NCBI GenBank assembly: GCA_038532735.1
Contig: JBCBAC010000010.1
Location: 15,044 to 79,043, forward strand
Length of the DNA stretch: 64,000 bases
Reading direction: 5' to 3'
Source: Pseudomonadota bacterium
GTDB taxonomy: Bacteria; Pseudomonadota; Alphaproteobacteria; Rhodobacterales; Rhodobacteraceae
Both the position numbers and the translations under genes were made by a program. Within the stretch, counting starts at the first letter, position 1; each line of letters opens with the position of its first letter. A model generated the notes under the pieces. The model searched no databases. It was not told the origin of the DNA and saw only the letters and a program-made list of their open reading frames with translations. Shown piece by piece: positions 47,793 through 56,564 of this stretch.

Positions 47793-49706
47793 TTATTGGA
47801 AGGCGCCTGCGGCCTTCAGTGCTTCGCCCTTTTCGGCGTTATACCACCAGAAGTCCAAGTGGCCCAGCGCATATGGCGGCAGTGGATCGGGGTACTCATA
47901 CATATCGTAATAGGCGATTGTATGCGCGTCCTTGTACCATTGCGGGATCCAGAAGCGTTCCGCCCGCAACACGCGATCAAGTGCAGACACAGCGGTTTCC
48001 AGTTCCTCTTGCGAGGACGCCTTGATGACATGGTCGATCAGCGCGTCCACGGCTGGGCTTTTCAGTCCCATCAGGTTCCGGGTTGAGATATCGGCGGTTT
48101 CAGATCCAAAGAACTGCTCCAGACTGGCCCCCGGAACATATCCCATCGGAAACTGCGTGGTGACGATGTCGAAGTCATACGCCCGTTCCCGGTTCACGGC
48201 TTCGGCTTGGTCGACACGGTTATGGACCGCATCCACACCCAACTGGCGCAGGGAGTCGACGTAAGGATTGATCACACGATCGAAGGTCTGACTGTCATTC
48301 AGGAACTCAACGCGCAGCGTCTGGCCATCCTTCCGGCGTAAGCCGTCATTGCCGACCATCCAACCGGCTTCGTCCAGCAACGCCGACGCGCGGCGTAGGT
48401 TGCGGCGGTCAGTCGAGGACCTTGCGCTTGATTCAGGTGCCATCACGGGCTCACTGTCCAGAACACCGGCTGGCAGATGCTCGGCCAGCGGCTCCAGCAA
48501 GGCGAGCTCAGCCTCTGATGGCAGCCCTTCTGCGGCGAGATCAGAGTTCTCCCAGAAAGAGTTTACGCGGGCGTAGAGGCCATAGAACAGCGTCTCGTTT
48601 GACCATTCGAAGTTGAACATCAAACCGATCGCTTCGCGCACGAGCGGGTCCTGAAAGCGCTCTTTGCGCGTGTTCAGCACAAAGGCCTGCCCTGTTGCGA
48701 GCGTGCCGTCCGGAACGGCTTCCTTCTTGACCCAGCCCCGTTCGGTGACCGCAGGGAAGTTATAGCCGGTCCCCCAACTTTTTGAGCTTGCCTCGTCGCG
48801 GAACGTGTAGGCACCCCCTTTGAACCCCTCAAAAGCCGCATTGTAATCACCGAAGTACTCGACGGTGATTTCATCAAAGTTGCTGCGCCCGATCATCAGC
48901 GGATGATCCCAGCCCCAATAATCGGGGTTGCGGACATAGCTGATGGATTGGCCAACATCGACCTCGTCCAAAATGTAGGGACCAGAGCCTAAAAGCGGCT
49001 CAAGGGAGCTTGCTTCGAAGTCACGGTCATTGGCTTCATAATGCGCTTTGGAGAAGATGGGCAAACCGCCCACTGTCGACGGCAGATCACGCGTAGGGAA
49101 GCCTTCCTTGAAGGTATATTTCACACGGTATGGGCCCAGAACTTCTGCGGATTCCACTTGCTGCGAAAGGACAGCGCGGAAGCTCGGCAGGCCCTTTTCG
49201 AGAAAAAGCTCATAGGAAAAGACAACATCTTCAGCCGTCAGCGGCGAGCCATCTGAAAAGGTCACATCTTCGCGCATGTTAAAGATTACGAAAGAGCGGT
49301 CTTCAGGGTATTCGAGGCTTTCTGCGATCAAGCCGTAGCTGCTACCGATCTCATCGGCGGTACCAATCAACAGGCTTTCGTAGAAAATCGAGGAAAGACG
49401 GGCCGCGCGGCCTTTGGGGGTGTACGGGTTCAGGCTGTCAAATCCGCCAAAACCCCAGATCGAGATTTCACCGCCTTTGGGTGCATCCGGGTTCACATAG
49501 TCCAGATGGGCCATATCAGCGGGGTATTTCAGGTCGCTGAAAGTTGAGATGCCGTGGGATTTGATCAGCTCTTCAGCGGTGGCATCGGTCGCGCGGGCTT
49601 GGCTTACGATGAGCGTGAAAAGGAGTGCTGTCAGGGCCGTAAATAAGATAGCAGGGCTGGTCTGGGCTGGACGGGCGGCGATGGCACGCGCTCTTACTTT
49701 ATACAT
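47793..49706 (-). CDS. yejA: extracellular solute-binding protein, family 5 (YejA-type)
   Basis: 637 aa with a signal peptide. AGGAGAG RBS. First gene of the yejABEF-like operon. Confidence 0.88.
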   Translation of the reverse strand: MYKVRARAIAARPAQTSPAILFTALTALLFTLIVSQARATDATAEELIKSHGISTFSDLKYPADMAHLDYVNPDAPKGGEISIWGFGGFDSLNPYTPKGRAARLSSIFYESLLIGTADEIGSSYGLIAESLEYPEDRSFVIFNMREDVTFSDGSPLTAEDVVFSYELFLEKGLPSFRAVLSQQVESAEVLGPYRVKYTFKEGFPTRDLPSTVGGLPIFSKAHYEANDRDFEASSLEPLLGSGPYILDEVDVGQSISYVRNPDYWGWDHPLMIGRSNFDEITVEYFGDYNAAFEGFKGGAYTFRDEASSKSWGTGYNFPAVTERGWVKKEAVPDGTLATGQAFVLNTRKERFQDPLVREAIGLMFNFEWSNETLFYGLYARVNSFWENSDLAAEGLPSEAELALLEPLAEHLPAGVLDSEPVMAPESSARSSTDRRNLRRASALLDEAGWMVGNDGLRRKDGQTLRVEFLNDSQTFDRVINPYVDSLRQLGVDAVHNRVDQAEAVNRERAYDFDIVTTQFPMGYVPGASLEQFFGSETADISTRNLMGLKSPAVDALIDHVIKASSQEELETAVSALDRVLRAERFWIPQWYKDAHTIAYYDMYEYPDPLPPYALGHLDFWWYNAEKGEALKAAGAFQ

Positions 49707-49881
49707 ATCTGCTCTCCTGCTGAAACTTCATCCCTTGACTTAAAAGTAAGGTAAATACCGATTTGTCGACTGTTCAAGGCGAGATTCCGTGACAACCACG
49801 TGATCGTGTACGTGATCAGAACCGCAAAAAAGCATCTGACAGCCTACGATCACAGCCTGAAAAGCGACTGCGGGCGCATAC

Positions 49882-49912
49882 GAAAAAGGCCGCCCTGAGA
49901 GAGCGGCCTTCA
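49882..49912 (-). terminator. rho-independent terminator after the cytochrome c gene
   Basis: 8-bp stem AAGGCCGC (49886-49893) pairs with GCGGCCTT (49903-49910). It is followed by TTTTTCG on the minus strand, 20 nt after the stop. Confidence 0.6.
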
Positions 49913-49931
49913 AAACTGTATGCGGTCTGGC

Positions 49932-50444
49932 TTAGCTGCCGATTGTCGCGAGATAGGCGATCAGGTTGGCGCGGTCTTCGACTTTGGGAAGGCCCGAGAA
50001 ACCCATCGACGTGCCAGGCGTATAACCACGCGGGTTCTCGAGGAACGCATTGAGATGCTCAGGCGTCCAGACGTCCACAACTTCGCTCAACGCGCCGGAA
50101 TAACCAAAACCTTCAGATGCTGCGACCGCACGGTTGACCACGCCATAAAGATAGGGCCCAGTGCCGTTCGCGCCCTGTTCTAGTTTGTGACACGCGCGGC
50201 ATTTGCCAAAGACGCGCTCACCTTTGCCTGGGTCCGCAGACGCCAGAACAACCTCGAACGGCACTTCTTCTTCGACCTCGGCGACCTCTTCTTCGCCGGT
50301 ATCAATCACATATGCCTGTTCGCTATGCTTCCCGTGACCGCCGGTGTGATACAGTTCTTCCGCGGCCCATGCACCCAGAAGAAAAATCAAAAGAGAGCCG
50401 CACAACGCAGCGCCGGCTTTCGTTATCGTCATTGTGTCGAACAT
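49932..50444 (-). CDS. membrane-anchored class I cytochrome c
   Basis: 170 aa. N-terminal TM anchor, acidic linker, heme motif CRACH, and a distal Met region GTSMGFSG. Confidence 0.9.
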   Translation of the reverse strand: MFDTMTITKAGAALCGSLLIFLLGAWAAEELYHTGGHGKHSEQAYVIDTGEEEVAEVEEEVPFEVVLASADPGKGERVFGKCRACHKLEQGANGTGPYLYGVVNRAVAASEGFGYSGALSEVVDVWTPEHLNAFLENPRGYTPGTSMGFSGLPKVEDRANLIAYLATIGS

Positions 50445-50559
50445 GTCGCATCCATTTGGCTTTTTGCTAGCCGCTATGTATGCGGTTCACGCAAGGTTGC
50501 GCAAGGTGTAGAAGGCGCGACCAAACGCCCATTTTGGGCAGATATACGAGGGGCCCAAA

Positions 50560-51399
50560 ATGACAGATCGTATAGCCTTTCAAGGTGAACTCGGCGCCTA
50601 TTCCCATCAGGCCTGTCGCGAGGCGCGCCCTGACCTCGACCCCCTCCCCTGCCCCACATTCGAGGACGCAATTGAGGCCGTGCGCAAGGGCGATGCGGTG
50701 CAAGCCATGCTGCCTGTCGAGAACTCTACTTATGGCCGCGTCGCAGACATGCATCAGCTGCTGCCGGACAGCGGCCTCAAGATCATCGAGGAATGCTATG
50801 TCCGTGTGCATATCAATCTGCTTGCGGTGCCAGGTGCGAAGCTGAGCGATATCAAAATCGCCCAAAGCCATACCGTTTTGCTAGGCCAGTGCCGCGACTT
50901 CCTCCGCGAAAACGCGATTGCGCCTCTGACAGGCGCAGACACTGCCGGATCTGCCCAGCATATTGCCGAGCTTGCTGATCCAAGCTGCGCCGCACTCGCT
51001 TCAGAACTTGCGGGGGAGATTTATGGCCTCAACGTCTTGGCCCGCCACATCGAGGATCACGACCGGAATACAACACGCTTCTTGATCATGTCGCGTGAGA
51101 TGGACATGAAGCGCCGCGGTCGCGCCGGGATGAAAACAACCTTCGTCTTCCGGGTCCGCAACATTCCGGCCGCGCTTTATAAAGCGATGGGCGGGTTTGC
51201 GACCAATGGCATCAACATGACGAAGCTGGAAAGCTACATGGTTGGCGGGCAATTCACCGCGACGCAGTTTTATGCTGATATCGAAGGTCACCCCGATGAC
51301 AAAAGCGTCCAACTCGCTTTTGAAGAGCTGGATTACTTCACCGATAAGCTCGAACTTCTGGGGGTTTATCCAACTGGGCAAATCCCGTCCGACCGCTGA
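50560..51399 (+). CDS. pheA: prephenate dehydratase
   Basis: 279 aa. IAFQGELGAYSH N-terminus, TRF motif region NTTRFLIM, and a C-terminal ACT domain. Confidence 0.92.
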   Translation: MTDRIAFQGELGAYSHQACREARPDLDPLPCPTFEDAIEAVRKGDAVQAMLPVENSTYGRVADMHQLLPDSGLKIIEECYVRVHINLLAVPGAKLSDIKIAQSHTVLLGQCRDFLRENAIAPLTGADTAGSAQHIAELADPSCAALASELAGEIYGLNVLARHIEDHDRNTTRFLIMSREMDMKRRGRAGMKTTFVFRVRNIPAALYKAMGGFATNGINMTKLESYMVGGQFTATQFYADIEGHPDDKSVQLAFEELDYFTDKLELLGVYPTGQIPSDR

Positions 51400-51867
51400 T
51401 CAGGCCATGCGCGCGTGGCGATCTTCCAGTTCTTCTGCATAATCGGCGAGACGTGTGTTCAACCGGCGGGTCATGTTGGTCTTTACCAGTTTGATTGACT
51501 GATAGAGTAGGCGCGCCGGGATGCTGTGCGGCTTAAGACTCGCGTTGATTAAAAGCCTTGTGCGGGCACGGGACAGCGCAACGAGGTCGATCTCCATCAC
51601 CACCTCTAGCCCGCCAACACGAGCGTCAAACTTCAGTCGATTTGGCGGCTCATATTCGCTCAGCTTACCCTGCATCTCGCGGGATTTGCCGCGAAACACA
51701 AACTGCGCCTGCCAGCTCATTCCAACGCCTGGGGCGTTTAAAGTATCCGTGCGCACAACATCCGCGCCCCGACGCAGCGCTGTGCGCTCAAACCGCTCAA
51801 AATCCGACACTTGCTGAAACGCAAATTCAATCGGCACTTCGATGTCTTCACTGGCCCTAAACTGCAT
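51400..51867 (-). CDS. SRPBCC (START/polyketide-cyclase-like) family protein
   Basis: 155 aa. The pattern VSDFERFERTALRRGADV ... W ... looks SRPBCC-like. Its stop abuts the pheA stop (TGATCA). Confidence 0.7.
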   Translation of the reverse strand: MQFRASEDIEVPIEFAFQQVSDFERFERTALRRGADVVRTDTLNAPGVGMSWQAQFVFRGKSREMQGKLSEYEPPNRLKFDARVGGLEVVMEIDLVALSRARTRLLINASLKPHSIPARLLYQSIKLVKTNMTRRLNTRLADYAEELEDRHARMA

Positions 51868-51904
51868 TTGCCTGCCCCGTTTTTGTTATGCTCGCATAAT
51901 TGGC

Positions 51905-52861
51905 TTAATCGAGGCTATCGGCAAGCCAGTTTGCCAGAAGAAAATGCGCGATCGCACCCTTCCTGGCGGGCTTGATCTTGGCATCGTTGCCAGCGAAGAC
52001 CTCCATCATCCGCTCTCGGGTGACCCAGAACGCATCCTCGATTTCCACCGGATCAATGGTCAGCTCTGTGCTGGTCGCGTGACCATGGCACCCGATCATC
52101 AGAGAAGCCGGGAAGGGCCAAGGCTGTGACGCCAGATAGTCGACTTGCCCAACGGTGACGCCCGCCTCCTCGAATACTTCGCGGCGCACCGCGGCTTCCA
52201 CCGTTTCGCCCGGCTCCACAAAACCAGCCAGCAGCGAGTACATCCCTTCAGGCCAAAAGTGAGAGCGCCCGATTAGCACCGAATTGCCGTGGGTGATCAA
52301 CATGATGACAACCGGGTCGGTGCGCGGAAAATGCTTGCCTTCGCAAGCTGGGCAATTGCGTTGCCAGCCGGCCATCGCCATCACGCTTTCCGCACCACAC
52401 CGCGCGCAGAACCGGTGTGAGCGATGCCAGTCGAGCACAGCTTTGCCTGTCGCCGCCAACTCTGCATCGCGCGGGGTGAGCCGGGTCATCATCGCGCGCA
52501 GCTCTGCAAAACGCGCGGTCTCGGGCACGTCCATCGGGCGCTGCTCGCTCGTGTCGATGAAGGCACCGATCTCAGCACCATCGAGGTCTTCTGGCTGCCA
52601 GTAAGACACATCCACCGCAAAACGCGGCTGGTCCTCATCAAGGCCCAGAAACACCATTTTCGCGTGATACTCTGCGACAAGCGGATGCGTGGCTGCAACC
52701 CAGCCCAACGCATCGCCATCCATAAGCGGCTTGCCCCGCCAGATCATCAGGACGGGCGTCCCCTCGCTCAAGTAGCCTTGCAGCGTTTCCGTCTTGTCAC
52801 GCAATTGCGCCGCCCGGTCGAGCGCCGAGCCACCAAAGGTCACCGTTTCCGCTAGTCTCAT
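51905..52861 (-). CDS. nudC: NAD+ diphosphatase (NADH pyrophosphatase, Nudix)
   Basis: ORF trimmed to ATG 52861 (MRLAETVTFGG...). Zinc ribbon CARCG...CPAC and Nudix box GFVEPGETVEAAVRREVFEEAG, then SQPWPFP. Confidence 0.88.
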   Translation of the reverse strand: MRLAETVTFGGSALDRAAQLRDKTETLQGYLSEGTPVLMIWRGKPLMDGDALGWVAATHPLVAEYHAKMVFLGLDEDQPRFAVDVSYWQPEDLDGAEIGAFIDTSEQRPMDVPETARFAELRAMMTRLTPRDAELAATGKAVLDWHRSHRFCARCGAESVMAMAGWQRNCPACEGKHFPRTDPVVIMLITHGNSVLIGRSHFWPEGMYSLLAGFVEPGETVEAAVRREVFEEAGVTVGQVDYLASQPWPFPASLMIGCHGHATSTELTIDPVEIEDAFWVTRERMMEVFAGNDAKIKPARKGAIAHFLLANWLADSLD

Positions 52862-53010
52862 GGTCCGCCTTAACCCCTTGATGCCGCACACCCCGCGTCG
52901 GCAGACCCATCGCATGATGGGCATTTTGACGCAATGGCTGGAACACGCACACGCAAAGGTTGCAATTAAGACAGTGTCACAGCTTGAATGGGGCAAGGGA
53001 AGGTCCGGGG

Positions 53011-54807
53011 ATGCCAGAAACGGCAACGTTAAGAATACTGCAAACCAGTGATGTGCATATGCACATCCTGCCTTTTGATTATTTCCGGAACACACCTGAT
53101 CCGCTGCGTGGTCTTGCCCGTGTGGGCCCTGTGATTGAGGCCGCCCGCCGGGCCGGCACCACCTTGCTATTTGATACCGGCGATCTGCTGCAAGGCACGC
53201 CGATGGCCCCGCTTTTCAAGGAAAGCCCTCCTGAGGAGCATCCCGCCTGCGAAGCCATCGCGGCCTTGGGCTATGATGCGGTTACCTTGGGCAATCACGA
53301 CTTCAACTTCGGGCTGGACTCCGCCACGCGGCTTTACGATGGGATGCCCTGCCCCGTCGTTCAGTCGAATGTTCTTCACAACTCGGGCGATCCACTCTTT
53401 ACACAAAGTGCACTCCTCGAGCGTCAATTGCGCGATGACAGCGGCGCGGATCATGTCATCAAGATCGGCGTGTTCGGCGTGCTGCCTCCACAAATCCTGA
53501 ACTGGGATCGTGACAAGCTGCTCGGATTGGTCACAGTCGAAGATATGGTCAATTCGGCGAAACGCACATCCGAGAATTTGCGGGCGCAAGGGGCAGACTT
53601 GATCGTCGCGCTCGCACACACGGGCCCAGCTGGAAGCCCGCAGCCTGACGGTGCCGAGAATAGAGCACATGAGATTGCAGCCTTGCCGCAGGTTGATGTC
53701 GTTCTTGCAGGTCACAGCCATAAAACGCTCCCATCCGAGGATTATGCGGGCCTGACCGAGGTAAACACTGTCGCGGCCACGATGGCGGGAACCCCGGCCA
53801 TGATGCCAGGCGCGCATGGCAGCCATATCGGGCGGATGGTCTTAAGGCTGCAAAAGGACGGGACGTGCTGGCGCGTCATCGCGCATGAAGCCGTGCTGCT
53901 CCCACTGCAAGACCACGCGCCTTGCCCTGATCTGACAGCGAAACTGGCGCCTCACCATGCGCGCACCCAGCGCTTTATAACACGGCGGATCGCAACAACC
54001 GATGCCCCAATCTCTGGCACAGGCTTCGCATTTGGATACGACGCAGGGCAAGTGTTGGTGGCAGAGGCAAAACGCTGGCGTGCCGGCTCGCAACTTCATC
54101 TGGATGCACCGCTGATCGTTGCGACCGCCCCTTACCGAGTGCCGACAGCGCTCAACGGATTATGCCTGCCGCCCGGCCCGATCAGCCGATGCGATCTTTT
54201 CACGCTCTATCCCTACCCAAACGCGATGTGCGTTCTGCGCGTCACCGGTGCGATTGTGAAAGACTGGCTGGAACATGCCGCCCGCTTTTTCGCCGACCAG
54301 CATGACGACGTGGTTGGCCCGCTTATCGACCCATCCATGCCGTGCTACAATTTCGACACGCTTTATGGACTGACCTATCGTATCAATCCCTTCGCTGCAG
54401 TCGGAGCGCGGATCGAAGACCTGCGCCATGGGGGGCACCCTGTTCAGGCCGAGAGCGAGATGCTCTTGGCGACGTCGACCTACCGGGCCAATGGCGGCGG
54501 TGGGTTTCCAGGTGGTGAGGTGATCTGGACGGATACGATTCCAATCACCCTGATGATGGAACAGTATCTTGCCGCCCATAACCACATCACCCCGCAACCG
54601 ATACTTGGCTGGCAACTCGCACCGCAAGAGGGCCAATCGACCCTTGTGACGCTTGGCGATGCTACGCGCGCGCAAATCACCGGACTAGACGCCGACGCGT
54701 TGCAAGCGCTTGCGCAGCAGTTCTGCGCCCCCTATATACAAAGCCGAGAGGTTGGCGCGGGCGAGCACCTCGCCAACCCGGTCAGGTCCGGAAGGAAGCA
54801 GCCGTAA
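53011..54807 (+). CDS. bifunctional metallophosphatase/5-prime-nucleotidase family protein (CpdB/UshA-like), no signal peptide
   Basis: ORF trimmed to ATG 53011. Motifs LQTSDVHMH, DTGDLLQG and GNHDFN, plus a C-terminal nucleotidase domain. The last about 20 codons overlap ffs, and about 12 further codons overlap its promoter. Confidence 0.85.
   Translation: MPETATLRILQTSDVHMHILPFDYFRNTPDPLRGLARVGPVIEAARRAGTTLLFDTGDLLQGTPMAPLFKESPPEEHPACEAIAALGYDAVTLGNHDFNFGLDSATRLYDGMPCPVVQSNVLHNSGDPLFTQSALLERQLRDDSGADHVIKIGVFGVLPPQILNWDRDKLLGLVTVEDMVNSAKRTSENLRAQGADLIVALAHTGPAGSPQPDGAENRAHEIAALPQVDVVLAGHSHKTLPSEDYAGLTEVNTVAATMAGTPAMMPGAHGSHIGRMVLRLQKDGTCWRVIAHEAVLLPLQDHAPCPDLTAKLAPHHARTQRFITRRIATTDAPISGTGFAFGYDAGQVLVAEAKRWRAGSQLHLDAPLIVATAPYRVPTALNGLCLPPGPISRCDLFTLYPYPNAMCVLRVTGAIVKDWLEHAARFFADQHDDVVGPLIDPSMPCYNFDTLYGLTYRINPFAAVGARIEDLRHGGHPVQAESEMLLATSTYRANGGGGFPGGEVIWTDTIPITLMMEQYLAAHNHITPQPILGWQLAPQEGQSTLVTLGDATRAQITGLDADALQALAQQFCAPYIQSREVGAGEHLANPVRSGRKQP
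54710..54738 (+). promoter_or_regulatory. candidate sigma-70 promoter of ffs
   Basis: TTGCGC (54710-54715), a 17-nt spacer, then TATATA (54733-54738). The predicted ffs 5-prime end lies 8 nt downstream. Confidence 0.45.
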
Positions 54808-54839
54808 CGAGCCCCGCTTGGGTCGTTGTCCAGCCTCTC
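54746..54839 (+). ncRNA. ffs: signal recognition particle RNA (4.5S, small bacterial type)
   Basis: Contains the invariant domain IV sequence GGUCAGGUCCGGAAGGAAGCAGCC. The 5-prime GAGAGGTTGG pairs with the 3-prime CCAGCCTCTC to close a 94-nt hairpin. Confidence 0.88.
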
Positions 54840-54850
54840 ACCCTACTCCC

Positions 54851-56359
54851 TCATCCGATGCCATGCGCCACAACTTGGCCCGGATAGCGTTTCGCCCAAT
54901 CTTTCAGAAACTCTGCGATATCCTCGCGCGAGGCGAGATCAATCGCCGGTCGTGGCAAGGCAACGCCTTCGGACAGTGCCAGCATCAGACATCCCACATG
55001 ATCCTGCCCTTCGCGGCTGGGCGCATTTTCTGAGCCATGAATGATCGTGCTCAGAAGTGTGCCGCCATAGCCGTTCACATGGCCCAGATCGGGCTTCATC
55101 CGCAGAAAGAACTTCATCATGGCTGGCAAGCCCTGCCAGCCGGCAAGCTGGACCGGGGTCATGTTGTAGCTATCCGTTCCGTCCCATGGCCAACCGGCCA
55201 TCACCAGCCGCTCGACCTGCTGCTCTGATCCGGGCAACATGATGAGATGATGCAATAATTCACCAATCGCCTCCGGTAGCTTTGCCGGATCAATCGGTTC
55301 ATGCGGCGCGCCCTGAACAACCGCGATGATGTTTTCAAGCGTAGGTTCGGTCTCCGCAGCCGCTCCAGCTTTGCTCAGAACATCTGCAACAGCATCGTTG
55401 GCATGCAGCCGGGCGAGTGTCAGCGCGCTTAGCCCGTTCCAATGGCGGCCGTGTTCTGCCCCCGATTTCAAAAGCATATCCGCCATAGCTCCGTCGCACA
55501 TGCGCCGCGCCGCCTGATGCAATGCAGTGAACCCACGACCAGTTAAGTCTTCGTTGGGATCGGCTCCCGCGGCCAACAGAAGCTCAACAGCCTTGTGATC
55601 GTTGAAATCCATCGCGCGCAAAAGCGCATTGGTCCCCTGCGGGGTCGCGCCGTGGCGGAGCAGCAACTTGAGCCCCTCGTGATGACCAAGCTCTGTCGAG
55701 TGGTAAAGCGATTCTCCGTCATTGGGGTTGGCGCCATGCTCCAACAGCCAGCGCGCCAGCGGCAGATTGCCCGCATGACCGATCGCGCCGTAAAGCGCCG
55801 ACAGCATCTCGTCACTGCCGTGTTCATGCGGATAGGCATCATTTACGTCTGCACCGGCGTCGCGCAGCAACTCGGCAATCGCGAGCATATCGGCCTCACG
55901 CTCCGGCGCGATCTGGTGGTAGCGCGAAAAGGCCAGATGCAGGATCGGGCGGCGTGGTCCAATCAGACGCGTAGCCAAAGACGGATCGCTCCACAGCGTC
56001 GCCTTCACCGCCGCACGATCATAGAGCGCGATTTGAAGGCCGAAATGATCCGAAGCAAGATCAGGCGTATCGGCCAGCAAGCGATCGACAATCGGGCGCT
56101 GTCCCAGAAAAAGCGCTATCTTCAAACGCTCTTGCGCCTCGACCCGCGCGAGGCCGCGCGCCTCGACTGCGGCTTTCAGCTTGGGCCAACTCTCAAAATT
56201 CTTCTGCCGCGCGATGACATGCAGGAAGTCTGCGCGTCTTAGCGGCCTGTTTGCAGGGACAAAGGAGTGAACTTGCAGGCAAGCGTTCCTGTCGCGCGCT
56301 TCATAAGCCTTTTGCAAAGCCTTCGCGGACCGTTTGAGCGGTTCAAGGGGGTCGGTCAT
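54851..56359 (-). CDS. ankyrin-repeat protein with an uncharacterised N-terminal region
   Basis: ORF trimmed to ATG 56359 (GGAGGA RBS). The central part has several ankyrin-like repeats (LLRDAGADVND, LLEHGANPNDG, LLLRHGATPQG, LLLAAGADPNE, LLKSGAEHG). Confidence 0.8.
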   Translation of the reverse strand: MTDPLEPLKRSAKALQKAYEARDRNACLQVHSFVPANRPLRRADFLHVIARQKNFESWPKLKAAVEARGLARVEAQERLKIALFLGQRPIVDRLLADTPDLASDHFGLQIALYDRAAVKATLWSDPSLATRLIGPRRPILHLAFSRYHQIAPEREADMLAIAELLRDAGADVNDAYPHEHGSDEMLSALYGAIGHAGNLPLARWLLEHGANPNDGESLYHSTELGHHEGLKLLLRHGATPQGTNALLRAMDFNDHKAVELLLAAGADPNEDLTGRGFTALHQAARRMCDGAMADMLLKSGAEHGRHWNGLSALTLARLHANDAVADVLSKAGAAAETEPTLENIIAVVQGAPHEPIDPAKLPEAIGELLHHLIMLPGSEQQVERLVMAGWPWDGTDSYNMTPVQLAGWQGLPAMMKFFLRMKPDLGHVNGYGGTLLSTIIHGSENAPSREGQDHVGCLMLALSEGVALPRPAIDLASREDIAEFLKDWAKRYPGQVVAHGIG

Positions 56360-56564
56360 CGGTGTCCTCCAACGCGGCCCAAGGTTCGCTGATCGGGCCA
56401 GAGACATACCGAAATCTGGTGTCGTCTTGAAATGAGAGGGTGCGTGCGCTTTCCGCGAACCAGGCGGCCGCCCTGTCGGCCTGTCGTGATTTTTCGTTAC
56501 ACGATTGCTGGACCTCTGCCAATGCCTCGCCTAGGTTTGGCAGGTTATTAAGCAAAGGCACGCC

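Noticed and set aside
52862-53095. The 78-codon N-terminal extension of the nudC ORF. Similar upstream extensions occur for the AKR gene (6802-6945), metK (12461-12556), miaB (20584-20667), fabA (22189-22269), the RNase T2 gene (61193-61495) and the FAD oxidoreductase gene (60542-60616).
   Set aside because: The extensions have atypical composition and run through promoter or leader regions or neighbouring genes. Internal ATGs give the canonical family N-termini, often with an RBS or start/stop coupling.
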